DNA from: Candidatus Hadarchaeales archaeon
Lineage (GTDB): Archaea; Hadarchaeota; Hadarchaeia; Hadarchaeales; Hadarchaeaceae
Reading direction: 5' to 3'
NCBI GenBank assembly: GCA_038823825.1
Contig: JAWBCC010000001.1
Coordinates: forward strand, 5,842-69,841
Length of the DNA stretch: 64,000 nt
Part shown: in pieces, positions 9,901-18,613 of the stretch
How positions within the stretch are numbered: position 1 is the stretch's first letter
How the letters are laid out: every line of letters starts with the position of its first letter
Notes under the pieces: generated by a model
Database searches by the model: none
The model's input: the letters and a program-made list of their open reading frames with translations, nothing else
Told to the model about the DNA's origin: nothing
Translations under genes and position numbers: made by a program

Positions 9901-11100
9901 GATATGTCTAGTTTACCGAAGGAGGCGAAGATTTCAGAAGCGAGGTTGTGGGTTTATGCCAGAGAAATAATTAATCCTGGCAACCAGGTCAAAGTTGTTT
10001 ACGCGTGTAGACTTGAAAATGACAACTGGAAAGAGACAACATTGACCTGGAACACGCAGCCTGAGAACGGGCCAGTGATTAGCGAGAATTCGATTTCAAC
10101 CACCGGTTGGATTTCGTGGGACGTGACGGCTTGGGTACAGAATCAGATGAGTGTGGATAACATTGTGTCTATCATTCTTAGAACAATTGAACCGGCTAAC
10201 ACGGTTGAACCCTGGTTTGAATCAAAGGAAGAAGTTTTAGGCCACATACCATTCCTGGAGATAAAATACTACGAACTACGTGGAGCGCCGGTCCTCCTAT
10301 CGCCCGAGAACAATGCAACGACTTTTGACAACACCCCGACCTTCACTTGGATTCCCGGTGGAGGAGCAGAATCTCACATTCTGCAAATAGACAACGATCC
10401 GGACTTCAGCTCCCCAGTCTATGAAAATAGAAACCTTGCAGGAAACGCTAATCAGTGCACCATCGAAAACGAACTCGCACAGGACAATTACTATTGGCGG
10501 GTCGGAGCAGTTTTTGAGGGAACAACAGTTTGGTCAGAATCTAGAAGACTACAAGTTCTGCGCAGCATGACACTGGTCATCTATCCATCAGCTGATGCCA
10601 AAGTAGAAAGTAGTTCACCTGACACAAACTATGGAAACGAAACTCATATCGCTGCAGCCGCACCCAATCCGAGTTTCTATAGAAGATCCTTCTTGAAATT
10701 TGATCTTTCTTCCATCCCGAGCGGTGGCTCGATTATTGATGCAAAACTCTATCTTTACAAGTATGGTGAGGGAGGAACAGAACCGGGAGACACGAACAGA
10801 AATGTTGGAGTCTACCGTGTCGATAACGACGACTGGTCAGAATCGGTGATAACTTGGAACAACCAGCCAGCAATAGGCTCACTCGAGAATTATATTTACA
10901 CACCAACTTCGACCGGCTTCTGGGAGGTCTGGAACATCACAAATTGGGCGGACAACCAGTACAAGGGTGATAGAATTCTTTCGATTGCTATTAGAATGGT
11001 TGATGAGAGAAGTGACTGGAACAGCGCGGAGCCATATTGGTATTCAAAGGAGTGGGGCACTCCCTCTCAGCGGCCATATTTGGTTGTGACTGTTAGTTAG
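7000..11100 (+). CDS. 1366-aa secreted multidomain protein. It carries a signal/anchor, two CBM-like beta-sandwich domains, an (alpha/alpha)6-barrel glycoside-hydrolase-like domain (glucoamylase/DUF3131-like), three ~150-aa beta repeats and an FN3-like domain.
   Basis: Domain boundaries read from internal repeats: WxGYWSF...WVKGxxGGExFKxELKD twice; KFDLSxLP...(E/D)NDxWxExxLTWNNxP...QRPYL three times. Confidence 0.7.
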   Translation: MKNVWKIIPSVLVILFVVSLCAGLFRLTVKFGAMVVGGLPGILRYDDFNDGVLGTNLGGGAGAMSYDGAHDPSLSFVSGYEGTYALKISYSVPVGQWCGYWSFFLASQKGYDIGMFTDIRMWVKGENGGENFKIELKDEFGTVRTVYISMVPGFESGLSTSWRELVIPLYNFPDLNLYYVKQVNIIFDTYPYSGTIYIDNIVFTQFSPYTPSPIGLVFDDFNGGLGPNRLGGSNGTMDPNPGDPTEWITASYVTDSYEGLGALKLTYNRGAASWVGYWSFMRPDQTGYDVSDYENLCMWVKGASGGERFKVELKDTSNNTSSIYVTVPGTTYQKISIPLSDFTGLDLKNLRQVNIVFDTSPNSGTVYIDLVLFEWDVYKEAQKRAFLYFWREMNPQTGLVPDKNRDKMASIAATGFGLSAICVGESRGWISRQEAMERVLKALRFLRDNAEKVNGMPYHFLHVDNGSRFGTSEISIIDTAMLMAGVLHVAEHFKENQQIVSLAEEIFNAVDWYWFVRPSGTFDAAWSPEIGFYGERFGYDEYILAGIIGLGSSTKPLPRSSWDVWRSGYKWASYENYTFLCPGGYMRPTSYLYHFPASWIDFRNKHDNYVDYWDTMVNALLANREYCRDWAENYPEYDDNLWGWNACEGPEGYLGWDPFRGTIAPSAVVGSVPFFPDFAVPDVRYIYEHYGENIWGIYGFKDSMDSGYNSGRGWFCENFVGINKGPEVLLPEAYISGLVWKEMMNNFYILEGLRKAGFVWRIYPSDDTFVDNVYPNTNYGQQSQLKIENSSSSIKLTYMKFDLSGLPSTFGIGEARLNLFVYENAQAYVIAYGVENDAWTENSLVWNNRPPYGEIIDNVQCENGWISLDVTQWARAQFNIDRKLSLVLAISQGSASFRSEEYMENRSQRPYLGVKLASTRTVTERLLPIEDTYTDYEKRNTPMGENNPKRLAVSGVSGYYRRSYLKFDMSSLPKEAKISEARLWVYAREIINPGNQVKVVYACRLENDNWKETTLTWNTQPENGPVISENSISTTGWISWDVTAWVQNQMSVDNIVSIILRTIEPANTVEPWFESKEEVLGHIPFLEIKYYELRGAPVLLSPENNATTFDNTPTFTWIPGGGAESHILQIDNDPDFSSPVYENRNLAGNANQCTIENELAQDNYYWRVGAVFEGTTVWSESRRLQVLRSMTLVIYPSADAKVESSSPDTNYGNETHIAAAAPNPSFYRRSFLKFDLSSIPSGGSIIDAKLYLYKYGEGGTEPGDTNRNVGVYRVDNDDWSESVITWNNQPAIGSLENYIYTPTSTGFWEVWNITNWADNQYKGDRILSIAIRMVDERSDWNSAEPYWYSKEWGTPSQRPYLVVTVS

Positions 11101-11101
11101 G

Positions 11102-12712
11102 CTAACCTAGCAAAATCTGCTCGAAAACTTCTGATTCGACTTCGTGGGCCATTGGAATTCCTGTAACCTCTGAGGCAAGTCTTGTCAGCGCAATCAGATC
11201 GTCTCTGTTTATTAGATTTAGCTTGAACTTTCTGGCTCCAGCCATCAATTGTTTTAGCCCCACACCGATTCTGTCCGTTAGGTAGGTGTATACGCCGATC
11301 GCCGAAAGAGGAATCCTTTCAAAGTCCTTTCCATATTTCTGTTTCAACTCAGGAATCGCAACAAAGAATTTTTCAGGTTCAGCTCCAAAATTCTCGGCAA
11401 AGTCTTTTGGTAGCTTCCCCTCTCTCGCGAGCTCGATGAAATATGTGGATTTCATCGCCGCTGTTAGTGGTGCTCTCGCCATTGTTATTGCTTTGACAAA
11501 CGGTCCATCCCCAAAGTTGCTCATCGCTATGCTCTTGAAGATTTGAGTTTCGTTTATGAAACCTCCAGCCATGCTTATATCTGGAACATACTTTCCATGT
11601 TTCTTTAGAATTTGAGCACACTTCAACACTTGTGCTTCCAAATACACTGTAGGTGTTCCCATCTCATTCATCATCGGAACTGGACTCATTCCGGTTCCAC
11701 CACCAGCACCATCGAACGTTATGTAGTCCACTTTCGCTTCGGAAGCAACTTTCATCGTCCAAGCCACATCTACAGGTCTGTAAGCACCAGTCTTGATGGA
11801 AACTTTTTTTGCCCCCTGTTCGCGTAGCCACTCTACGTCTTCGACAAAATCTCTTTCGGATGGCATGCCAACCCTACTGTGTCTTTCAAAAGTTTTGAAA
11901 TATCCGGCCTTAAACGCTTCTTGAACAGCTTTGTCTTCCGGGTCCGGAATAACTAAATAACCTCTTTTCTTTAGCGTCAAGGCTCGCTCGATAGAGTTAA
12001 GTCTAACTTCTCCTCCAATCGCTTTGGCCCCCTGTCCCCATTTTCTCTCGATTATATTGACTTCTAGCTTGGATATCACGTAAACATCAACCCCGAGTCT
12101 TTGATCTTCTACATTAGTCTGCACAGCCACATCTCCATGTTTTCCGTCCCAGAACTCTCTGAATTTTTTAACACGGTGTTCCATATCAGGAGACTTGGAT
12201 ATTTTGCCGTTTGTGAGCTCGGCTTCAGGGTCCATTCCACAGACGTTTTCCCCTATTATCAAAATTATTCCGGAGAGGGCGGCTCCAACAGCTAACGAAT
12301 CCCAGTAGTTCTTTGCAACGGCTGTAGATCCATAAGCTCCAGAAGCCAGCGGGAGCTTCAGCCGTACCCCACCGAGCTCTGATGTTATATCAACATTTGG
12401 GAAAAGTGCAAGATCCGAATCCGCCGGAATTCCCTCGGCCCCACGTAGCCGAGCGAGAATGTTGAAGTGCGACCAGTCGAGTCCGTAGTTCTTGAGAGAT
12501 GCCGCCGTGCTTTGACCGAAATATTCTGGTATCGGATATAAAACCTCTCTACCTCGAAACGCTGAAAGACCGATTTCACAGAGAAATGGACATTCCTTTA
12601 CGCAGATCGGGCACATTCCGCTTGTTGGGCTAACATCTCTGACTCTCGTTCTGGTTCCGGTAGTCGATTGCGCGTTCAAATACGACGAATTTTTCATCAC
12701 GCGTTCTGTCAT
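11102..12712 (-). CDS. glutamate synthase-related protein (GltB FMN/Fe-S domain homolog, archaeal type)
   Basis: N-terminal Cys cluster CPICVKECPFLC, FMN-binding GltS domain-2-like region (DGAGGGTG). Confidence 0.7.
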   Translation of the reverse strand: MTERVMKNSSYLNAQSTTGTRTRVRDVSPTSGMCPICVKECPFLCEIGLSAFRGREVLYPIPEYFGQSTAASLKNYGLDWSHFNILARLRGAEGIPADSDLALFPNVDITSELGGVRLKLPLASGAYGSTAVAKNYWDSLAVGAALSGIILIIGENVCGMDPEAELTNGKISKSPDMEHRVKKFREFWDGKHGDVAVQTNVEDQRLGVDVYVISKLEVNIIERKWGQGAKAIGGEVRLNSIERALTLKKRGYLVIPDPEDKAVQEAFKAGYFKTFERHSRVGMPSERDFVEDVEWLREQGAKKVSIKTGAYRPVDVAWTMKVASEAKVDYITFDGAGGGTGMSPVPMMNEMGTPTVYLEAQVLKCAQILKKHGKYVPDISMAGGFINETQIFKSIAMSNFGDGPFVKAITMARAPLTAAMKSTYFIELAREGKLPKDFAENFGAEPEKFFVAIPELKQKYGKDFERIPLSAIGVYTYLTDRIGVGLKQLMAGARKFKLNLINRDDLIALTRLASEVTGIPMAHEVESEVFEQILLG

Positions 12713-12740
12713 GGTTATCTGTTTACGTTTTTACATCCCA

Positions 12741-12748
12741 TATATAAG
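12741..12748 (-). promoter_or_regulatory. TATA-like box (TTATATAT on the minus strand) about 28 nt upstream of the 11102..12712 start
   Basis: AT-rich divergent intergenic region between the gltB-like gene and purN. Spacing fits an archaeal TATA/BRE at about -26 from a near-leaderless TSS. Confidence 0.25.
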
Positions 12749-12994
12749 CTTTTTGGTCAAAAAATACAAGCTGATTTTCAAATTTTTACATTATGTTAAA
12801 TTTTAACAAAACTTTCTTGACCAAAGGCAAAGATTTCAATAGTGCCGAATGCAACGAAGCTATTACCGCTTTCAATGGGAAAACTATGACGATCCAGCAG
12901 GGGCCGGGGAATATAATAATAAATCGTTTAAAGTTCAAGTGAGAAAATGTGCGAACCGAAACCAATCTTCTCTCCCCAAAAAGAAAAGAGGAAA

Positions 12995-13687
12995 ATGAAA
13001 GTAGTTGTGTTATTCTCTGGAGGTGCGAGTGCTGTTCCCTTCATGCTTGGAAGCGACGATTTTGAGGTAGTTGGGGCGATATCTAGTTCGAAAACTGCTA
13101 GCGGGGTAGAAAAGTTAAAAAAGCTTGGAATTCCTGTCGAGGTTGTTGACATAAAAGAGTTCTATGCCGGCAGGCCAATTTCCGATATGAAAGTCAGAAG
13201 CGAATATGAGGAAAAGCTTATTCAAATAATAAAGGAAAAAAAGTGGAATCCTGACTTAATCGCTTGTTCCGGATACATGTATGTTCTCACCCCTAGATTT
13301 CTGCGGGAATTTCCAAATCGTGTTTTAAACGTTCACCCAGCAGATCTTTCCATAACCGAGGGAGGAAAAAGAAAATATACGGGATTGCACGCGGTGAAAG
13401 CTCAGATAGAGGCAGGAGAAAAGGCGACGAGATCGACAATTCACATAATGAACGAGACCCCTGATCACGGACCAATAGTTGTAATTTCTCCACCTTTACC
13501 TGTAGAAGGTAGATTCCCGGAGGAGCAACAGAACTTGATGAAGGAGAAGTGTGATGGGCCTGCTTATCGAAAGGCATTGGAGTTGATATCAAGGGGTATG
13601 GTTGCAATCGATTGCGAAGGAAATGTCTATATCATGAAGAATGGAAAATGGGAGAAAGGATTTGTGAGAATGGAGGGGGAACATTGA
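12995..13687 (+). CDS. purN: phosphoribosylglycinamide formyltransferase. The ORF begins at 12947; MKVVVLFSGG preceded by AAAGAGGAAA is the likelier start.
   Basis: Formyl-transferase fold with N(V/I)HP(A/S)(D/L)L motif (NVHPADLS). Confidence 0.7.
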   Translation: MKVVVLFSGGASAVPFMLGSDDFEVVGAISSSKTASGVEKLKKLGIPVEVVDIKEFYAGRPISDMKVRSEYEEKLIQIIKEKKWNPDLIACSGYMYVLTPRFLREFPNRVLNVHPADLSITEGGKRKYTGLHAVKAQIEAGEKATRSTIHIMNETPDHGPIVVISPPLPVEGRFPEEQQNLMKEKCDGPAYRKALELISRGMVAIDCEGNVYIMKNGKWEKGFVRMEGEH

Positions 13688-15075
13688 TAGGAGTTCTTCT
13701 CATAAGCTATGGAAGTCGAGAAGCCTGCATTGCTGAGGCTTTAGCAAAGAGCAATGAAAAGGTTAGACTTTTCATAGCCGATAAACAGAAGAATCCTTTC
13801 AATGTCAAGATAGCCGAAGAAACCGGCGGAGAGCATATCGTGATTCCAGATCTGAGTGTTGAGTCGATTGTGAATTTTGCGAAGAAACACGCGGATCGGA
13901 TAGATTTTGGGATTCTCGGTCCAGAAGGGCCCGGACTAAAAGGGTTGCGCGACAAAATTGAGGCAGAAACAAATATAAAAATGATATGTCCAATTCTTCG
14001 CTTCTTCATAGAGCGGAGTAAAGTAGAACAGAGGCACGTAATCCAGAGAGTCTGCCCAAAAGCAAATCCAAAATTTAAGGTATTCTCTCCCGCCGACTAT
14101 CGGTCATTGATGGAAGTAAAAAAGGACGTTTTTGATTGGCTCGATACAATCGGCGATGCCGTAGCGGTTAAACCAGATGCACCGGCAACAGGGAAAGGTG
14201 TAGGGGTCTGGGGAGATCACTTTAAATCTAGAGAGGAGATGTTTGAAAAGTTCTTCCTTCCGAATTTCGAGAAGGGTTCGGTAATCATTGAGGAAAAATT
14301 GGATGGTGAGGAGTTTTCTTTGCAGTTCTTGACAGATGGAAAGCATATAGTCCCAACACCTGCCGTTAGAGATTACAAAAGATCGTTTGACTGGGATAAG
14401 GGCCCAAACACCGGGGGGATGGGCTCTTACAAAAGTATAGGAGAAATTTTACCTTTCATGGATGACGAGGATTGGAAGGGGGCAATCAAAATAGGAAAAC
14501 TTGTACACGATTCTCTAGCTGGTCCATCGGGAAATCCAAATTTGCGCGGGATAATGTATTTTGGTTTCATAGCAACAGCAGATGGTGTGAAGGTCTTGGA
14601 AATTAACAGCAGGTGGGGAGACCCAGAAGTTATGAACATCTTACCAATTCTTATCGATGACTTCGTCGAAGTTTGCTACAGGATGATAGATGGAAACCTT
14701 CAACCTCTTCGCTTTCAGGAGAAAGCCACGGTCGTGACTTATGCTGTTCCACTCGATTATGGTGGCTATGCGAAATATTCTGGACCAAAACCGGTGAATT
14801 TATCGGAGGCCGAAAAGCTTCGTGAGAAATATGGTGATAACATACGAATATATCCCGGTTCGATGGAAGTCAGGGAAAATCAGACATTTGCCCTTTCCTC
14901 TAGAACTGTTGCGGTAGTTGGAATCGCGGAGAGCCTAGAAGAAGCAAGAGAAATTTCGCTGGAGGGCATAAGAAAAATCGATGGTCCTCTCAGACATCGA
15001 GAAGACATCGCTCTACCAGAACACATACAGAGAAGCATCACACACATGCGAAAGCTGAGGTTTCAGACCTCGTAG
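13684..15075 (+). CDS. purD: phosphoribosylamine--glycine ligase. Start inferred at the TTG overlapping the purN stop (TTGA); an alternative ATG is at 13648.
   Basis: ATP-grasp enzyme. N-terminus LIGVLLISYGSREACIAEA matches the purD KVLVIGSGGREHAL pattern. Confidence 0.75.
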   Translation: MIGVLLISYGSREACIAEALAKSNEKVRLFIADKQKNPFNVKIAEETGGEHIVIPDLSVESIVNFAKKHADRIDFGILGPEGPGLKGLRDKIEAETNIKMICPILRFFIERSKVEQRHVIQRVCPKANPKFKVFSPADYRSLMEVKKDVFDWLDTIGDAVAVKPDAPATGKGVGVWGDHFKSREEMFEKFFLPNFEKGSVIIEEKLDGEEFSLQFLTDGKHIVPTPAVRDYKRSFDWDKGPNTGGMGSYKSIGEILPFMDDEDWKGAIKIGKLVHDSLAGPSGNPNLRGIMYFGFIATADGVKVLEINSRWGDPEVMNILPILIDDFVEVCYRMIDGNLQPLRFQEKATVVTYAVPLDYGGYAKYSGPKPVNLSEAEKLREKYGDNIRIYPGSMEVRENQTFALSSRTVAVVGIAESLEEAREISLEGIRKIDGPLRHREDIALPEHIQRSITHMRKLRFQTS

Positions 15076-16553
15076 ATTCTGCCGGTCTCTTTTTCTCCTC
15101 GGCTCAGTTTAGCCTTCACTTCATCGGCCAGTTTTTGAGCCAGAGGTGTGGGATATCTGCATGTTAGGCAACCCAAGCAAAGCTCGTTTTCCTTAAAATT
15201 AGTTGCTTTTATGAAGTTTTCCATTGATTGATATCTCACACCGTCAGCTCCAATCGATTTTGCTATCCCCTCTTCGTCAAATTTATAGCCAATCAGTTCG
15301 GAAAAAGTTGCCATGTCTATTCCGTAGAAGCAGGGTGAAATTATCCTCGGAAATGTAACATACATGTAAACCTCTTTGGCTCCGGCGCGTCTTATCTTCT
15401 TGACAATGCGTCTTGAAGTATCTCCCCGGACAATGCTATCCTCAACCACTCCTACTCGTTTTCCGGCAATTTCATTGATTATGTTTAGTTTTTTGTTTAT
15501 TATCATATCTCTCTCTTCTTCTCGGGATATGAAAGCTCTGTCTGTCAGATATCTGTGTTTTCGTAGAGATCGCTCCCAACGAATTCCCGTTTCCGCATGC
15601 ATTCCGTAGGCAGCATCATCGGCTGTCTCTGGAATTGATACGATCACGTCGATTTTTTCTCTTATGTCGGGGTTTTCTTTTGCAAGGTTCCTCCCAAACT
15701 CTTCCCGTATCTTGTAAACCGGCTTGCAACCTTCACGCAAAATAGAATCAGGCCTTGCGAAGTAAGCAAACTCAAAAGCACAGAAGGCTCTTTTACCAAC
15801 ATCACAGATTTTCTCAACTCGAATGGTATCTTTTGAAACGATGAAAAGCTCTCCTGGCTTTACCTCTCCCCAAAATTGAAAATCGTTGATGTCGAGTCCA
15901 ACACTTTCGGAGCTCACAGCAATTATTTCTTCGCTCTCGTTCATTCCGTAGCAGAGTGGTCTTATACCCAGTGGATCACGGAAAAAGAAAAGTTCTCCCT
16001 CTCCAGTCATTCCAGCAACGGAAAAAGCACCCTCAATATCTGTCATACATCTTTGCACAGCGTCTACTAAGTCTTTCTTTTTCCTAAGTTCAAAGAGGAT
16101 CTTTCTTCCAATAAGCTCGGCATCAGATGAAGAAGATAGATTACCAAACTCAGATTTCAGATCCTTTCTAAGTTGTTTAGAGTTAACCAGGTTTCCATTG
16201 TATGCTATTGCAATTTTAGTCCTGCCAGATTTGAGTACACATGGTTGGGCGTCTTTTCTCAACCAGTAGGGCGTGTCTTTTCCAGCGGTTGCGTATCTTA
16301 CATGTCCAACTCCGACATTTCCCTTCAGTTTCCTAAGAATGAGTTTTGTGACTGGGGCTCTACTTGGAGGCAGTAATCCAAGGTCGTGATACTGATGAAA
16401 ATTTCCATTATAAGTGAGAAAACCGTAAGAGTGATGTCCACGATGGTTTTGTGCGATGAGACCCCAGTAAAGGTAAGGAGCCGCTGATTTGGAATTAAAA
16501 CAGTAAACTCCGAAGACCCCGCAGGCCTCGGAAATTGTATTGCTCATTTCCAT
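15063..16553 (-). CDS. purF: amidophosphoribosyltransferase
   Basis: N-terminal nucleophile Cys (MEMSNTISEACGVFGV) and PRTase domain. Confidence 0.9.
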   Translation of the reverse strand: MEMSNTISEACGVFGVYCFNSKSAAPYLYWGLIAQNHRGHHSYGFLTYNGNFHQYHDLGLLPPSRAPVTKLILRKLKGNVGVGHVRYATAGKDTPYWLRKDAQPCVLKSGRTKIAIAYNGNLVNSKQLRKDLKSEFGNLSSSSDAELIGRKILFELRKKKDLVDAVQRCMTDIEGAFSVAGMTGEGELFFFRDPLGIRPLCYGMNESEEIIAVSSESVGLDINDFQFWGEVKPGELFIVSKDTIRVEKICDVGKRAFCAFEFAYFARPDSILREGCKPVYKIREEFGRNLAKENPDIREKIDVIVSIPETADDAAYGMHAETGIRWERSLRKHRYLTDRAFISREEERDMIINKKLNIINEIAGKRVGVVEDSIVRGDTSRRIVKKIRRAGAKEVYMYVTFPRIISPCFYGIDMATFSELIGYKFDEEGIAKSIGADGVRYQSMENFIKATNFKENELCLGCLTCRYPTPLAQKLADEVKAKLSRGEKETGRIYEV

Positions 16554-16584
16554 CGAAAAAAGTAGACGCGAGATTTAATAATCG

Positions 16585-17067
16585 TTATCCCTTCCTTAGC
16601 TCTTCATCTTCTCTCTCGAGTTTGTCCTTCATCTTCCTTTGATATTCCGAAACCTTTTCACCGAGTTTCTGGTCTTTCAAAGAAAGAATTTTTGCCGCGG
16701 CCAACGCGGCGGATTCTGGTTCCAATATGACTAAAGGAGCTACACCGCTAGGCATTCTGAGAGAAGAAAATATATCGATCCCGGAAAACTTTTCCGAATA
16801 TAATGGACAAGCTATGACTGGATATCTCGTATTGGCATCAACCATCCCAGAGAGGGCGTTAGATCTTCCAGCAATAGTTATATAAACTAGGTTTTCATTC
16901 CCTTTCTCGTACTCTCGTAAAATTTCCAAGACTTTTTCAGGAGTCTTGTGCGCCGACGCGATTCTCAGTTCATAATGAATTCCAAAATCTTTCAAAGTTT
17001 TCACGATTTTATCCGCAAATTCAAAATCGGATTTTGATCCCATGATGATAACCACTTTTGTCATCAC
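16585..17067 (-). CDS. purE: N5-carboxyaminoimidazole ribonucleotide mutase
   Basis: PurE fold, about 160 aa, SAHKTP-like motif (ASAHKTPE). Confidence 0.85.
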   Translation of the reverse strand: MMTKVVIIMGSKSDFEFADKIVKTLKDFGIHYELRIASAHKTPEKVLEILREYEKGNENLVYITIAGRSNALSGMVDANTRYPVIACPLYSEKFSGIDIFSSLRMPSGVAPLVILEPESAALAAAKILSLKDQKLGEKVSEYQRKMKDKLEREDEELRKG

Positions 17068-17152
17068 AAAACATTGTTTCTGTTCTTTTATAATTCCATA
17101 CGCTCCATGCAGAAGGCTTAAAGATTAGCCTACGATAAATTGATGGATAGAG

Positions 17153-18604
17153 ATGGCAGAATTCGGCTACGAAACGTTCCTCTCTCCATTCACTTGGAGG
17201 TACGGCTCGAAAGAGATGAAACGTTTGTTCTCCGAAGTTTACACGAGAACTCTTTGGAGAAAAGTATGGCTCGCGCTTGCCGAAGCTCAAGCTGAGTATG
17301 GTCTGATCTCTCAGGAGGAATTGGAAGATATTCGATCTAAATCAGGTCCGGAATATGTAAACATCGAAAGAGCGCATGAAGTCGAAAGAGAAATAAGGCA
17401 TGATTTGATGGCGGAGATCAAAGTTTTTGCCGAACAGTGTCCAGTTGGAGGAGGCAAGATTCATCTTGGCGCCACTTCTATGGATATAGAAGATAACGCG
17501 GACGCAATTAGAATAAAAGAGGCTCTAGACATAATCCTCACAAGGCTGATTAATTGTTTGGACGCTTTATCTGAAAAAATAATCAAGTATAAGGATTTGC
17601 CATGCTTGGGATGGACACACATTCAACCGGCCGAGCCGACTACCTTAGGATATCGCTTGGCGTTTTATGCGCAAGACTTGGTGCTCGACGTGCAGCTTGT
17701 GGAATTTCTCATGAACAATCTTGTGAAAGGAAAAGGAATAAAGGGCGCCGTGGGGACTTCTGCAAGTTTTAAGTTTTTGCTCGGAGAAAAAGGACGTCCG
17801 GAAGACTTGGAGAAAAAAGTCATGGAAAAACTTGGAATAAGTTCCTTTCACATTTCGACTCAAACATATCCTAGAAAGTTGGATTTTATTCTTTTGAACG
17901 TTCTCGCAAGCATTGCTCAGAGTGCTCACAAATTTGGATTGGATTTCCGCCTATTGCAGTCTCCGGCTTTTGGGGAAATATCAGAACCGATGAAGGAGGC
18001 GCAGGTAGGTTCTTCGGCAATGCCGTTTAAAAAGAACCCAATTTCCGCTGAAAGAATGTGCTCGCTGGCAAGATATGTGTCCGTTTTACCAAAAATCGCA
18101 TGGGACAATGCCTCACAGACGATTCTTGAAAGGACGCTGGACGATTCCGCAAACAGAAGAATAGTTCTAGCAGAGGCTTTTCTCGCAATTGACGAATGTC
18201 TGATAATCTATGCATGGCTCGCGAGGGGCATGATAGTTTATCCAGAAATGATAAAAAAGAATTTGGAGAAATTTGCGCCCTTTGCTGCTATTGAACCGAT
18301 TCTAATGCGTCTTGTTGAACTTGGTGAGGACAGACAAAAAATGCATGAGTATCTGAGAGAGATTTCAAGAAAAGCTTGGGAGGTCGTCATGCGAGGAGAA
18401 AAAAACCCACTTCACGAACTTTTGTCTCAGGATATGCGCATAAAATCAAAGTTGCCCAGAGAAGAGCTTGACGAGTTTTTCGAAGTAGAAAATTATATTG
18501 GCGATGCTCCGGAGCGTTGCGAAAAATTCGTTAAAGAAGTGATCAAGCCGCTATTACAGAAATATGGAGATAGAGTATGTTTGACAGAAGGCACGAAATT
18601 CTGA
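17153..18604 (+). CDS. purB: adenylosuccinate lyase
   Basis: Fumarate-lyase family signature (GSSAMPFKKNP). Confidence 0.85.
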   Translation: MAEFGYETFLSPFTWRYGSKEMKRLFSEVYTRTLWRKVWLALAEAQAEYGLISQEELEDIRSKSGPEYVNIERAHEVEREIRHDLMAEIKVFAEQCPVGGGKIHLGATSMDIEDNADAIRIKEALDIILTRLINCLDALSEKIIKYKDLPCLGWTHIQPAEPTTLGYRLAFYAQDLVLDVQLVEFLMNNLVKGKGIKGAVGTSASFKFLLGEKGRPEDLEKKVMEKLGISSFHISTQTYPRKLDFILLNVLASIAQSAHKFGLDFRLLQSPAFGEISEPMKEAQVGSSAMPFKKNPISAERMCSLARYVSVLPKIAWDNASQTILERTLDDSANRRIVLAEAFLAIDECLIIYAWLARGMIVYPEMIKKNLEKFAPFAAIEPILMRLVELGEDRQKMHEYLREISRKAWEVVMRGEKNPLHELLSQDMRIKSKLPREELDEFFEVENYIGDAPERCEKFVKEVIKPLLQKYGDRVCLTEGTKF

Positions 18605-18613
18605 GGTGTTAAA

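Noticed and set aside
17021-17290. 89-aa ORF spanning the purE/purB divergent promoter
   Set aside because: It overlaps both flanking genes' 5' ends and the AT-rich promoter region. There is no conservation signal.
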